Origin: Haliotis rufescens
Lineage: Eukaryota
Length of the DNA stretch: 64,000 bases
NCBI RefSeq assembly: GCF_023055435.1
Contig: NW_025963990.1
Span: forward strand, 3,410,001 to 3,474,000
Direction of reading: 5' to 3'
In this document: in pieces, positions 11,501-22,913 of the stretch
How the letters are laid out: each line of letters opens with the position of its first letter
How positions within the stretch are numbered: position 1 is the first letter of the stretch
Notes under the pieces: model-generated
Told to the model about the DNA's origin: nothing
Database searches by the model: none
Seen by the model: the letters and a program-made list of their open reading frames with translations, nothing else
Made by a program: the position numbers and the translations under genes

Positions 11501-13097
11501 TGAAAAGGGATTCCTTGAAATATATCATGCACACAATACTATTACAATTCGTTCAAAGTAGATACATTTTATGGATAACAACTTCATTTATTACTTTTAA
11601 AGCGACGGTATAGATCCCAAGATTGCTTAGCAACGGTATAAGGATCCATACCGAAACGTTGCTTTTACAGTAATTAAAGAAGTTTTTATCCATAAATTGT
11701 GTCTTCTTTGTCATCCATCAAGTTCTGAGTAATGCCTATCAAACAATTTAAGTACATTCAAGTATAATAATGCATTAAAATAAGAAAACACCTGTGGCTA
11801 CATATAGCCAGTTAGTTACTAATACTATAGCCTCAGAAATCATTTGGAACAATAAAAATATTCGAATAGATAATAAAGAAGTTCACTATCCAAATTGGAG
11901 CGAAAGTGGTGTACACTATGTCAATGACCTTTTGTGCAAAAACGGAAACTTTCTATCATATGAACAGTTTAAAGACAAATACAATGTGAACACCAACCTT
12001 ATAGATATAGAGGAATAATAAGCGCACTAAAACAGTATTGCTCAATACACTTTGTCGACTTTAAGAACATGTAGACCTTTCAAAAGCCATTCATACCTAC
12101 ATATCTGTCTGAACTACTGAATGGCAATAGCCAGTCATACTACAGACCTTGATGAAACAATGTAATGTCAATAACCAACATTTGCAAAATTGAACCATAT
12201 TTTAGAAAACGATCTCGATTTAAGCGTGTGGCATACTTATAATCATATACCATTCCGATGCACAAAAGATACTGAACTACAATGGTTCCAGTATAAAGTA
12301 GTACCAACAAACAGAAGACTTTTTAAAATGCGACTAGTTGATTCGGATACATGTAGTTTTTGTTCAAATAGTATAGAATCTGTTTCCCATGCACTGGCAG
12401 ACTGTAGCAAAGTGAAACCCATATGGCAAAAACTGGAAGAGTGGCTATCAGACGAGATTCAAGTTAAGCTCACATTAACAAGAAAAAACATTCTGCTTGG
12501 ATTTGATCAGCGACACAACGATCCTATAAATGTAATTATCTTACTTTGCAAATTCGTAATTTTTAAATATAGATATTCAAAAAAGGTACCGAACTTCCAG
12601 TTTTTAAAAAAAGATATTTACAAATATTACATGCTTACAAAATACACAGCTCTCATAAGTAATAGTATCGATAAAATTCTACAAATATTGGTCATCTTGT
12701 CATCTTTTGTTTCCCACACAATAGTTCCGTCCTCAACTTTTGTTTACTGCCTATGTATTACATTGTATAGCCCATGTGTAAAAATGCAACCGAAATAAAA
12801 AGTTATAAAAATATATATATATATGATAATAAAAAATATGCAATAAGATACATGTGAGAAAAATAGAGTCTTAACGTTTAACTAAGTCCATCACTCCCAA
12901 GACAGCCACAGTATACGGTATATAAACACAAGAATATTAAAACATATGTTACGAAATATGAGAGTAACGAAATATTCCATTAGAAAAAGACACCTTAATA
13001 AGTAACAACATATCCCTGTACCTCTTCAATATCAAGATCATCAATAAACCAATAATTCTTCAAACAGGTACTTACAAAAGACATAGTTCAGAAGCAT
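1027..13097 (-). CDS. Secreted protein with two Ly6/uPAR-like (three-finger) Cys-rich domains and a Thr/Pro-rich mucin-like tail; multi-exon
   Basis: Manually spliced GT-AG exons, frame consistent: 13076-13097, 11222-11281, 10210-10298, 6830-6901, 4879-5059, 3524-3609, 3113-3184, 1708-1813, then 1337 down to 1053 (donor) or 1027 (stop if unspliced). Protein: MLLNYVFSLVGLFSCVHHGVA signal peptide; CLKC...CEECCEDDFCNNYLC; CAAC...CFNCCNSSFCNVIC; then TTPSST repeats. The 3' end is uncertain. Confidence 0.8.
1888..2100 (-). mobile_element. Short retroposon family C (~260 bp), partial copy
   Basis: Matches copies at 3890-4157, 9908-10180 and others; (AAAC)n tail. Confidence 0.75.
2870..3068 (+). 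mobile_element. SINE family A, 5'-truncated
   Basis: Runs from the B box GGTTCGAATC to the (ACTC)n tail. Confidence 0.8.
3890..4157 (-). mobile_element. Short retroposon family C, full length
   Basis: GACCCG.GAAGATCCGGGGTAGA..AGGTCTTCAGCAACCC head through GCTGGAATATTGCTGAGTGCGGCGTTAAA tail. Confidence 0.8.
4336..4543. mobile_element. Tc1/mariner-pogo-type MITE (family M1)
   Basis: TIRs CAGTAAA...TTTACTG flanked by TA; internal TTATAACGAAC repeats; other copies at 5412-5589, 9213-9387, 54866-55039. Confidence 0.8.
5412..5589. mobile_element. MITE family M1
   Basis: Same TIRs and internal sequence as 4336-4543. Confidence 0.75.
5658..6369. mobile_element. Probable solo LTR
   Basis: Starts TGTTAT and ends ATAACA (6-bp inverted termini, TG..CA); flanks ATAG/GTAG are an imperfect 4-bp TSD; no second copy in the window. 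Confidence 0.45.
7011..7296 (+). mobile_element. SINE family A, full length with TSD
   Basis: A and B boxes, (CACT)n tail, 11-bp TSD ATAGAAGGGTT. Confidence 0.9.
7753..8232. mobile_element. Mutator-like MITE (family M2)
   Basis: TIR CAATCTCATTAAAATCAGATCTTA; 9-bp TSD AACGGATCA/AATGGATCA; second copy at 15854-16228. Confidence 0.8.
8560..9210 (-). pseudogene. Degraded reverse transcriptase fragment, Penelope-like element
   Basis: Minus-strand translation gives GIAMGTNCAPLLVDLFFYAYESE and, across frameshifts, DKKDDIPIVNFPYMSSNIPAARA-type motifs; many stops; interrupted by MITE M1 at 9213. Confidence 0.65.
9213..9387. mobile_element. MITE family M1
   Basis: CAGTAAA/TTTACTG TIRs, TA flanks. 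Confidence 0.8.
9908..10180 (-). mobile_element. Short retroposon family C, full length
   Basis: High similarity to 3890-4157. Confidence 0.8.
10388..10521 (-). mobile_element. tRNA-derived SINE family B, truncated
   Basis: Reverse complement of the 14753-14918 family. Confidence 0.75.
11304..11452. repeat. (GAT)n/(GCT)n compound microsatellite in an intron
   Basis: Direct reading. Confidence 0.9.
11770..12805 (+). pseudogene. 3' fragment of an L1/Tx1-like LINE ORF2 (zf-RVT region)
   Basis: IIWNNKNIRIDNK...W...GVHYVNDL and LQWFQYK..PTNRRLFKM...DTCSFC...ESVSHALADC; stops between the pieces; AATAAAA at the 3' end. Confidence 0.75.
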
Positions 13098-13327
13098 ATT
13101 TCCAGACTGATAAACAAGAACCAGTCTCTGAAATGGTTGCCCTGGGCAAAAGAATGTGTCTCTCAATAACGACCTGGCACGACCCACATAGAAACTGGGA
13201 TCGACTCGAAATTAGGTGTGATAAGAAATCAAATGTCCTCATATCAGTAAGTGGATGAATGACATTGATGACCTCGGGACGTGAGAATACAGACTGTTGA
13301 ATGTTCCCACAGAATGGTTTACAAATT

Positions 13328-13670
13328 GGTATGAAGAATATATATTTTCAACGGTTAATTGAAGACATACAAGCAATAAAAATTGTTTTTGTGAGAAGGT
13401 ACTGCGTAGGAGAGAAAAGCTTCACATCTAAAAATGTTGTCATCCCAACTGGTAGGAGGCTGCGCGATATTTTGGACCATAATTTAATAACTGTAAATTG
13501 GTATGAAGAATATATATTTTCAACGGTTTATTGAAGACATACAAGCAATAAAAATTGCTTTTGTGAGAAAGTTTTGTGTAGAAGGGAATAGCTTCACATC
13601 TAAAAACGTTGTCATCCCAACTGATAGGAGGCTGAGCACGATATTTTGGACCATAATTGAATAACTGTTG
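13328..13670. repeat. ~170-bp direct tandem duplication upstream of the Ly6-like gene
   Basis: TTGGTATGAAGAATATATATTTTCAACGG...GATATTTTGGACCATAATT occurs twice. Confidence 0.8.
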
Positions 13671-13693
13671 AAGGTTGTTAATGTCAGCAATAG

Positions 13694-13970
13694 AGTGAGT
13701 GAGTTAGGTTAAACGCCTCTTTTAACAGTATTCCAGTTATATCGCGCCGTGTCAGCTTAATGTGGGAGGAAAGCCAGAAGTGATGCAGGTCTCAGACGTT
13801 TACCATTTTGGTGAAATCCACGAGCGCGGGTATGGTGCTGACAAACCTAGAAACATATTCGGGGCGAACCGGGATTCGAACCCACAATGATAGGTTTCTG
13901 GCGTGCCCAAGGGACGCAACTCTGCACAGCGAATGGCGGCGCCTTAGACGATTGGGCCACCCGTGCCCCC
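13694..13970 (-). mobile_element. SINE family A, full length
   Basis: A and B boxes, tail, short TSD CAATAG. Confidence 0.85.
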
Positions 13971-14752
13971 TCCAATAGGTATGATGAGTTTTCGTTGCGA
14001 CAAGTAGTGGGATTAACATCATTATTTTTAAGGAATGGAGAGTTACGAGGATATTCCCCTACTTAAAACTCATCCCTACATTTACACTTTGACAAAATAT
14101 TCTGTTGTGGAAAATATTTGAAAAATAAACCAGAACTCTTTGTTGTCTGTATTTACACTGCGTGAGTCGCCCTTGCGTGATGCACGAGGAATGAGTTCTC
14201 TGCCGCTGTTGCACGTGCGCCAAGCTCCGTCGCGAGCTGGCATTTACAATCCATGGTACACGGCTCTTCATAATTTTGTTAGGTCCTGAACTAGTATTTA
14301 TCAATCGCGTGCACATTGTTAATACATGCTAGCGGGAATACTAGGAAATATAGAGCCCCGAACAAGGAGATATATATTACCTGATTTGTTTTTTCTCGTC
14401 AAAGGTTTGTCTTACTGCTATAAACATGAACATTGTTGTAGGTAACCTGCTCTGACACAAAATATATACATATTATTTTGAACTTTTAAGCATTATGCAA
14501 AATTCTGAAAATATTTTATAGTTAATTTCACACCATACCGTCATGTGCCGTTGGCAGTTGGTTCGATGCCAACGTCTTTTATTTTGTCAATACATCCTTA
14601 TTTCTCTGGACATCCAAAAAGGGCGACACCATGTAAGACTATGAGATGGATGGTATATTTTCTCTTATGTCCTAACTGTCATGCAGAAGGCTTGAGTGGT
14701 TTTCAGAACTGGAATGTTGGTTGACACAATTGGAAGTATTTCTCTTGACGCC

Positions 14753-14918
14753 GGGGCGGTCGGGTAGGCTAGTGGTTAAAGCGTTCGCTCGTCACGCCGA
14801 AGACCCGGGTTCGATTCCCGACATGGGTACAATGTGTGAAGCCCATTTCTGGTGTCTCCGCCGTGATATTGCTGGAATATTGCTAAAAGCGGCGTAAAAC
14901 CATACTCACTCACTCACT
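14753..14918 (+). mobile_element. tRNA-derived SINE family B (~165 bp, tRNA-Asp-like head)
   Basis: GGGGCGGTCGGGTAG.CTAGTGGTTAAAGCGTTCGCTCGTCACGCCGAAGACCCGGGTTCGATTCCC head; GCTGGAATATTGCTAAAAGCGGCGT (ACTC)n tail. Confidence 0.85.
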
Positions 14919-15266
14919 TAGCAGGAGATATGACGGCGTGGCGCACGCAAGTTCATCCAACCTTCCTAAAACTTCACGTCTACATGTTTTTCATTCGTTG
15001 ATATTCTAAACATTAAAACATATTCCAATTTGTATTTTGAGAGGTTTCCGAGATAGTGATATTGAAATCAAGATTTCGACAAAGAATAACATTATTCTAA
15101 AGATATAGCCAAGTTAAAAATAAATCTAATCATTCATGAACAAATGAAGTTGCCTTTTTATCTGATAAATGAACCAGAATAGATATTATCTCCGTTGTGT
15201 TGTCAGAACAGGTACAAATATGTTAGGCATGACATATATTTTTCGGAGTACATTTCAAACAGATAT

Positions 15267-15417
15267 GGGGCCGGTGGGATAGCCGAGCGGTTAAAGCGTT
15301 CGCTCGTCACGCCGAAGGCCCGGGGTTTGATTCCCAACATAGGTGCAATGTGTGAAACCTTCTGATGTCGTGATATTTTTGGAATATTGCTTTAAAAAAA
15401 CATAGAAACTCACTCAC
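15267..15417 (+). mobile_element. SINE family B, diverged
   Basis: Similarity to 14753-14918. Confidence 0.75.
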
Positions 15418-15457
15418 TTTATTAAACTTGGTTATTCTCACCAACAAGGCCTTTTAA

Positions 15458-15489
<32 letters not shown>

Positions 15490-15853
15490 CATTATTATTA
15501 TTATCATACGACTCTTGCTTCAAAGTTACAACATTCAAGGCCAGGGTAAAGCTTTCAAAACGTTTCATGGTAGACATGTGGACTTATCGGTGACAGATTT
15601 GACTCAGGGCTATATGGCTAGACAAACCAGTGATTGATATTATGAGCATCATCAAATGCCTTCGGGGATTTCCCGAGATTGGAAGGTCGGTGGTTCGATC
15701 CCTGGCCGCGTCATACCAATCATCAACCAAACTGATGCTACGCAATCCACCGAGGTTGACCACTCAATCCACTTTTGTCGCTTTTTCACTACGAGCGATG
15801 CTGAACGCAAAAGTGATATAACATTTTCACAAATAGTGGCGTTACAAAACTTT

Positions 15854-16228
15854 CAATCTCATTAAAATCAGATCTTAGTTCTCGCTATCGCTAAACAAAG
15901 ATCTGAGGACATCCCACTACGGGTCACGTCAGAACAACCTTTCATCCGACCAATCAGAGCGTCGCTTACCAGATCATGAAAGTGACAGTCTTTTAAATTT
16001 TTTAATCGAGAACACGTCAAAATATGTTTCGAAGCGTAGTTGCCAGTTTGAAACTAGTGTCGTAAAGCTCGAGAAAGCTGCCTTCTGATTGGCTAATGTC
16101 GATTTCTTGTCAGTCAAAATTCGAGAAAAGGTCGTTCTTACGTGACCCGTAATGGTATGTACTCATAGTATGTACTCAGATCTTTGTTTAGCGGTAGCGA
16201 AAACTAAGATCTGATTTTAATGAGATTC
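15854..16228. mobile_element. Mutator-like MITE (family M2)
   Basis: Long TIRs; perfect 9-bp TSD CAAAACTTT. Confidence 0.85.
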
Positions 16229-17041
16229 CAAAACTTTATACGTATATCTTACTTCGGGTGGAAAGAATTTGATTTCACACATGTTATCGTACACTGATAA
16301 GTAATATAGGCTAGCATGTTAGAAAATCCATTCGTGACCAACTCGTGTTATTCCGGGACAAGCCGAATAGAGACTCGTGCCCCTCTCGTGGCCATTTTTG
16401 CAACCGGGTTCCGTCTTTGCGCAAACGGGCATACCTAAAACGATTGTCAACTCGTTGTGTAATGGTTCACACATATTTCCCCGTATATTATATATATTTT
16501 AGATACAATTTAAAGCAGATCTGGACATGCGGAATAATACAGTATGTTTGAACACATTTAACTGTGTCTTGGGTTGACAAATAACTTGAATTCATACGCG
16601 CATTCTGATTGGTTTGTCGTATTTTGCACATAACATTTATCGATAGGGGGACGAGTCTTCTTGCAGGTTACGGAAAGGGGCGAGTGGTGACGAATGTAGA
16701 AAATCATGACGCTATATTTTCCGTAGTGTTCGTGACTATTCGTGTCATCCCGGAACAAGCCGCATGACAACTCGGATACATACGTTACCACTCGCCTTAT
16801 TCCGATAAACCGACTGCCTTATTGTGCATACAGGTTACGGAAAGGAGCGATAGGGGACGAATTAGTCCGTAGGTGCGGCGTACTCTCGAAAGGTCAAAAT
16901 CCTTAAATAAAATCTTATCTGATCTTGAGGTTAAACCTGCTTGGGAAGCAATGTTGGAGGTCCATGAATGCTCACAGTAGTTCGTGAAATAGGACGGCGT
17001 ATTTCATAATATGACCAACTCTTACAGTGTCATCTGAACCC

Positions 17042-17175
17042 TGCTCGTGGGTTTCACCGAAGTGGTAAACGTCTGAGACCTGCATCACTTCGGGCTTTCC
17101 TCCCACATAAAGCTGACACGCCGTGATATAACTGGAATGTTGTTAAAAGCGGCGTTAAACCCAACTCACTCACTC
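17042..17175 (+). mobile_element. SINE family A, 3' half
   Basis: TGCTCGTGGGTTTCACCG through the (ACTC)n tail. Confidence 0.8.
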
Positions 17176-18229
17176 TCTTACTCACTGAACCCTGGGTTCA
17201 AATAGAGGACGTCTTCACAATGCCTCATAATAGTATATTCCCCAGGAAGAGGAGAATAAAAATCACACTGATCAATTGACTTGGGTAATAATATAGCTCT
17301 TTGAACATCCTTTTGAGTGTGAATGTGGCGTAGTTTATTATTTTTATTGATGATAACATGTGTCAGTTTATTTGTATTGTGATAACATTAAACTGTTTGA
17401 CGCGACTTTTAGTAATATGCCAGTCATATGACGGGCAGTGACACTAAAAATGAGCTTCACGCATTGTAATTATGGTAGCAATCGAATACGTGTCTTCATA
17501 GCCTTGCTCCAAGGATGTAGTTGATGATAAGTCCATGTGTGTACAGTAATTATATCCTTAAAATAGGCAAGTCTAGATAAGCGGACGGTACAGGGTGCCA
17601 GTATTTTATGTGGACCACTTGTTCGTATTATTTATATAATCTTAAAATTATGAGTTAAATAAATATTTTTCCCTTAGAGACTTGTGCAAGTCTGATGTCT
17701 TCAGTGTGACGCGAGTTACGCTACAACAACTCGGCTACTCCACCAACCGCCCCCTTGGACGTTTCACACAGCCTTCGCCGTGGCCAAGTGTCTGTCCGGC
17801 GACGCGGGAGGTCAGTGGTTCTATCGTTAAAAGACCTTAAAATATGGTACTTGTTACCCTATCTTGCGCTCGACTTTAAGGATAAAACAAGGAGTCGGAG
17901 TCGGTATTATGTGTCTGAAAGGGGTATTCGTGTTCAACTGATGTGGGATACAACTGTGAAACCTGCTAAAGTCTGGACAAGTACCAGCAGCGTGGTACGT
18001 CCAGAACATATAACACGTCACGAGGACATTATAAATCAAGATGACATCATATGACACGATGACATAATACGTCATAAGTACATGGTGCGTCACGAGTACA
18101 TGATAAGAGGGCATGACACGTCAAGAATGAGTGAGTTAAAATTTGAAATTTAACGTCGCATTATTTCGGCATTATTTCAGCAACATGGCGACATGAAACG
18201 TCAAGAGGACACAACAGGTCATGGGACAC

Positions 18230-20085
18230 GATACATCTAGAAGACATGATACGTCACGAAGACACAAGACGTCAAGAGGACATTATACGTCACGAAGACA
18301 CAATACGTCAAGAGGACATGATACGCCACGAAGACACAATACGTCAAGAGGACATGATACGTCACGAAGACAACACGTCAAGAGGACATTATGTGTCACG
18401 AGGACATAATACGTCAAGAGGACAGTATACGTCAAGAGGACATTATACGTCACGAAGACACATTACGTCAAGAGGACATAATGCGTAACGAGGACATAAT
18501 ACGCCAAGAGGACATGATACGTCACGAAGACACAATACGTCACGAGTGTATAATGCCTCACAAGGACATAATACGTCAAGAGGACATGATACGTCACGAA
18601 GACAAAATACGCCAAGAGGGTATAATGCCTCACAAGGACATGATACGTCAAGAGGACATGATACGCCACAAAGATACAATACGTCAAAAGGACATATCCT
18701 TCACGAGGACATAATACGTCAATAGAACATGCTACGTGACAAGGACAACATACGTCAAGAGGACATGATACGCCACTAAGACACAATACGTCAAGAGGAC
18801 ATGATACGTCACGAAGACACAATACGTCAAGAGGACATAATGTGTCACGAGGACATAATACGTCAAGAGGACATTATACGTCAAGAGGACATTATACGTC
18901 ACGAAGACACATTACGTCAAGAGGACATAATGCGTGACGAGGACATAAAACGTCAAGAGGACATGATACGTCACGAAAACACTACGTCAAGAGGACGTGA
19001 TACGTCATGGGGACATGAGACGTCACGAGGACACAATACGTTATGAGGACATGATACGTCACGAGGACACAAAAGGTCAGGAGGACATAATGCCTCACAA
19101 GGCCATAATACGTCAAGAGGACATGATACGTCACGAAGACACAATACGTCAAGAGGATATAAAGTGTCACGAGGACACAATACGTCAAGAGGACATGATA
19201 CGCCACAAAGATACAATACGCCAAGAGGATATAATGCGCCACGAGGACATAATACGTCAAGAGCACATGATACGCCACAAAAATGCGTCACGAGGACATA
19301 AAACGTCAAGAGGACATAATGCCCCCCAAGGACATAATACGTCAAGAGGACATGATACGCCACAAAGATACAATACGCCAAGAGGATATAATGCGCCACG
19401 AGGACATAATACGTCAATAGCACATGATACGCCACAAAGATACCTTACGTTAAAAGGACACACGCGTCACGAGGACATAAAACGTCAAGAGGACATAATG
19501 CCCCACAAGGACATAAACCGTCAAGAGGACATGATACGTCACGAAGACACAAAACGTCAAGAGGATATAATGCGCCACGAGGACATAATACGTCAAGACC
19601 ACATGATACGCCACAAAGATACAATACGTCAAAAGGACATATGCGTCACGAAGACATAATACGTCAATAGAACATGCTACGCGACGAGGACACAATACGC
19701 CAAGAAGACATGATACGTCATGAAGACACAATACCTCAAGAGGATACAATGCGTCACGAGGACATAATACGTCAAGAGGACATGATACGCCACAAAGATA
19801 CAATACGTCAAAAGGACATGTGCGTCACGAGGACATAATACGTTTATAGAACATGCTACGTGACGAGGACACAATAAGCGAAGAAGACATGATACGTGAC
19901 GAGGACATAATACGTCAAGACGACGTGATACGTCATGGGGACATGAGTCGTCACGAGGACACATTACGTCAAGAAGACATGATACGCCACGAGGAAACAA
20001 TACATCACGAGGACACAATACGTCAAGAAGACATGATACGTCACGAGGACACAATACGCCAATAGTACATGATACGTCATGATGA
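18230..20085. repeat. 18-bp CpG-rich minisatellite (ATACGTCAAGAGGACATG / ATACGTCACGAAGACACA)
   Basis: About 100 degenerate units with 36-bp alternation; paralogous array at 32085-33680. Confidence 0.9.
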
Positions 20086-20454
20086 CAAACTTCCACAGGA
20101 CGTACACATAGACGTCCAAAATAGTACATGTTCGTCAAGTAACGAAGAGTTTCGTATCATTTATGTAATAAATCAAATTATATGGTTATATGCATGATAT
20201 TATTCATTGATACACGTCTTTAACACCAGACAGCAAGACTCCAGCTAATTGACGGCAGCCTGTACATAATTGAGTTTGGACAAACGAGTGACAGAAAGAA
20301 TGAGCAACCGCCCACGCCCATCAGGACACGGTGACATGCAACTGACCAAGTCACCGAGCCTGACCAGTAGACCCATTTAGCTGACCATTACGACAAGCAT
20401 AAGCTACTGGGGACATATTCTGCACTAGAATCACCACGCGTGTGAACTCATAAA

Positions 20455-20703
20455 GATCCGGTTTGGAATAGGTCTTCAGCAACCAATGTTTGCCGTAAAA
20501 GACGACTGGGCTTGTCGTAAGAGGCGACTAACGGGATTGGGTGGTCAGACTCACTGACTTGGTTGATGCATGTCATGGTATCTCAATTGTGTGGATCGAT
20601 GCTTATGATGTCAATCACTGGATTGTCTGATCCAGACTCGATTATTTACAGACCACCGTCATAAAGCTGTAATATTGCTGAGTGCAAATACACCAAACCA
20701 AAC
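20455..20703 (+). mobile_element. Short retroposon family C
   Basis: Family match; paralog at ~34051-34300. Confidence 0.75.
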
Positions 20704-21030
20704 CACGCGTGTCTAGATCACAGAAATATTCAATAATCTCCATAAAGCGAACACTGACTTGCATACGTTGCCATGGAAACAAAGAGTCTCAGATCGTGTT
20801 TCTGCACACTCGAAATTCATTTATCTGAAAGGTTTGATATAGTTTATTGAATATTTCTATGATCTAGACACGCTTGGTTTGGTGAATTTCACCTCTTTAT
20901 ACACATAAAGCATATGTAACACAAATATCGATTTGTTTTATGTGAATAAGAATTAAGTTTACTATCAATATCGATTTTTTCGTGAATTAGTTCACATTAA
21001 GAAAAGTACATCTATTTACATGTTATATCG

Positions 21031-21335
21031 GGCCCGTGAAGATCCGGGGTAGAATAGGTCTTCAGCAACCCATGCTTGCCGTAAAAGGCGAATATGCTTA
21101 TTTGTTCTTTAACGCCGCACTCAGCAATATTCCAGCTATATTACGGCGGCCTGTAAATGATTGAATCTGTACCAGACAATCCAGTGATTGACATCATGAG
21201 CATCGATCAACGCTATTAGGATACGATTACATGCGTCAGCCAAGTCAGCGAGCCTTACCACCCGATCCCGTTAGTCGCCTCTTACAACACGCATGGGTTG
21301 CTGAAGACCTATTCTACCCCCGATCTTCACGGGTA
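21031..21335. mobile_element. Family C 5' fragment (+) joined to a family C copy (-), forming an inverted pair
   Basis: CCCGTGAAGATCCGGGGTAGAATAGGTCTTCAGCAACCCATGC at the left and its reverse complement at the right; same arrangement at 34663-34985. Confidence 0.75.
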
Positions 21336-21419
21336 CCCTGTCAATGAACGAACGTGTAAACTCTACGACATGAGCGATGTTGGTGATGAATTCCATTACA
21401 TTTTTCTGTCCTTTTTTGA

Positions 21420-21773
21420 GGGTGGGGTGAAATGGGGTTTTAACGTCGCGTCCAAGATTATTGCACTTGTATAGCGACGTGCATGTACGTGTGTGTGTTT
21501 GTGTGGCTGCTTGTACTAGTCCGGACTGATGCCGATTTCTAGTGCTAGCTCACTGAGATACCATGCCGCAGTTTAACATGAATACCCCAATCAGACACAG
21601 TTTTCTGCCTCCGAGCCGACCAGTCCTTGTTTTAGCCCCTTAATGCCGAGCGCCAGACAGGGTAACAACAAGTACCATCTTTCAAAATCTTTTGGTATGA
21701 CGCGGTCGGGGATCGAACCCCGGACCTTCCGCTCTCCGGGCGGACGCTCTACCACTAGACCACGGAGGCGGTC
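21420..21773 (-). mobile_element. tRNA-derived SINE family D (~350 bp, Meta/MESC-like central domain)
   Basis: GACCGCCTCCGTGGTCTAGTGGTAGAGCG...GGTTCGATCCCC head; CGCGTCATACCAAAAGA..ATGGTAC core; TSD TCCTTTTTTGA; absent at the paralogous site (~35060). Confidence 0.85.
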
Positions 21774-22195
21774 GCTCCTTTTTTGAAACACAAACGGAAT
21801 ATATGTGTTCAAAATTCCTGTTAAAAACCAAAATATGCTTAAATTGAAATAACTCTTTAATTGCAAACAAAATAGTGATATAAAAGCAATCTGTACATTC
21901 AGTAATGTCATCATGAAAACTAAAATCTTCCACGTAAAACATCCCGCCATCTTATGTATATATTGTTTGTAAATTTGTTCCTTGTATGTCCAGTATCCCG
22001 GCCTGAGTGTAAAGAAAGTTCAGCTCTGTTCTAATAAATAACGATTGCAATACTATCGTATACTACAGGTTCAATAAAACTTGATTATCAACAGAGTCGC
22101 TTGCCATAGAAATGTCTTCTGTGTCGACTTCTGAAGATAAAACTGAAACATGGAGATGACCACTTCGTGTTGTGTGATTATTTTGGGAATATCTT

Positions 22196-22234
<39 letters not shown>

Positions 22235-22245
22235 AGAGAGAGGGA

Positions 22246-22525
22246 GTGAGTGAGTGAGTTGGGTTTAACACCGCTTTTAACAGTATTCCAGTTGTATCAC
22301 GGCGTGTCAGCTTAATGTGGGAGGAAAGCTCGAAGTGATGCAGGTCTCAGACGTTTACCACTTCGGTGAAACCCACGAGCACGGGTATGGTGCTGACAAA
22401 CCTAGAAACATAATCGGGGCGAACCGGGATTCGAACCCACAATCATAGGTTTCTGGCGTGCCCAAGGGACGCAACTCTGCACAGCGAATCGCGGCGCCTA
22501 AGACGACTGGGCCACCCGTGCCCCC
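22246..22525 (-). mobile_element. SINE family A, full length with TSD
   Basis: TSD ATATCTAGAGAGAG; inserted beside a (TA)n tract. Confidence 0.9.
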
Positions 22526-22574
22526 ATATCTAGAGAGAGAGAGAGAGAGAAAGAAAGAAAGAGAGATATATATA

Positions 22575-22810
22575 GACATAAGGTTTATATAACCCAGCTG
22601 TATACACATAAGGTCTATATACCAAAAGGCCTGTACACATAAGGCCTATTAACACAGGCCGTTTGACACAAGGCCTATGCAACATAGGCATATACACTTA
22701 AGGTCTATATAACATAGCTGTATACACACAAGGTCTATTTAACAGAGGCCTATACACATAAGACCTATATAACATAGGCCCATACACATCTATGTAACAC
22801 AGACCTTCAG
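22575..22810. repeat. ~30-bp minisatellite (AAGGTCTATATAACATAGGCCTATACACAT-like)
   Basis: About 7 degenerate units downstream of dioxygenase gene 1. Confidence 0.7.
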
Positions 22811-22913
22811 AGCACATGTCCAGCATGGTCAGAGAACAATTTGTTTGTAATTGTTATGGGGTTTTTTCAGTAAATTCTGGAACAAATTTCTTTTTGTCGG
22901 CCCTTGGTCATGT

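Noticed and set aside
11187-11561. Poly-Ile/His/Asp ORFs
   Set aside because: Trinucleotide microsatellite; only 11222-11281 is exonic
14753-14830. tRNA genes (tRNA-Asp-like and Leu-like heads at many sites)
   Set aside because: Followed by SINE bodies, tails and TSDs; these are SINE heads, not functional tRNAs
18230-20085. Possible CRISPR-like array
   Set aside because: Contiguous degenerate tandem units without unique spacers, no cas genes, eukaryotic context
18221-20138. ORFs with IRQEDMIRHEDT or CPLDVLC repeats (also 32052-33733)
   Set aside because: By-product of an 18-bp satellite; open in several frames on both strands with frameshifts that differ between copies
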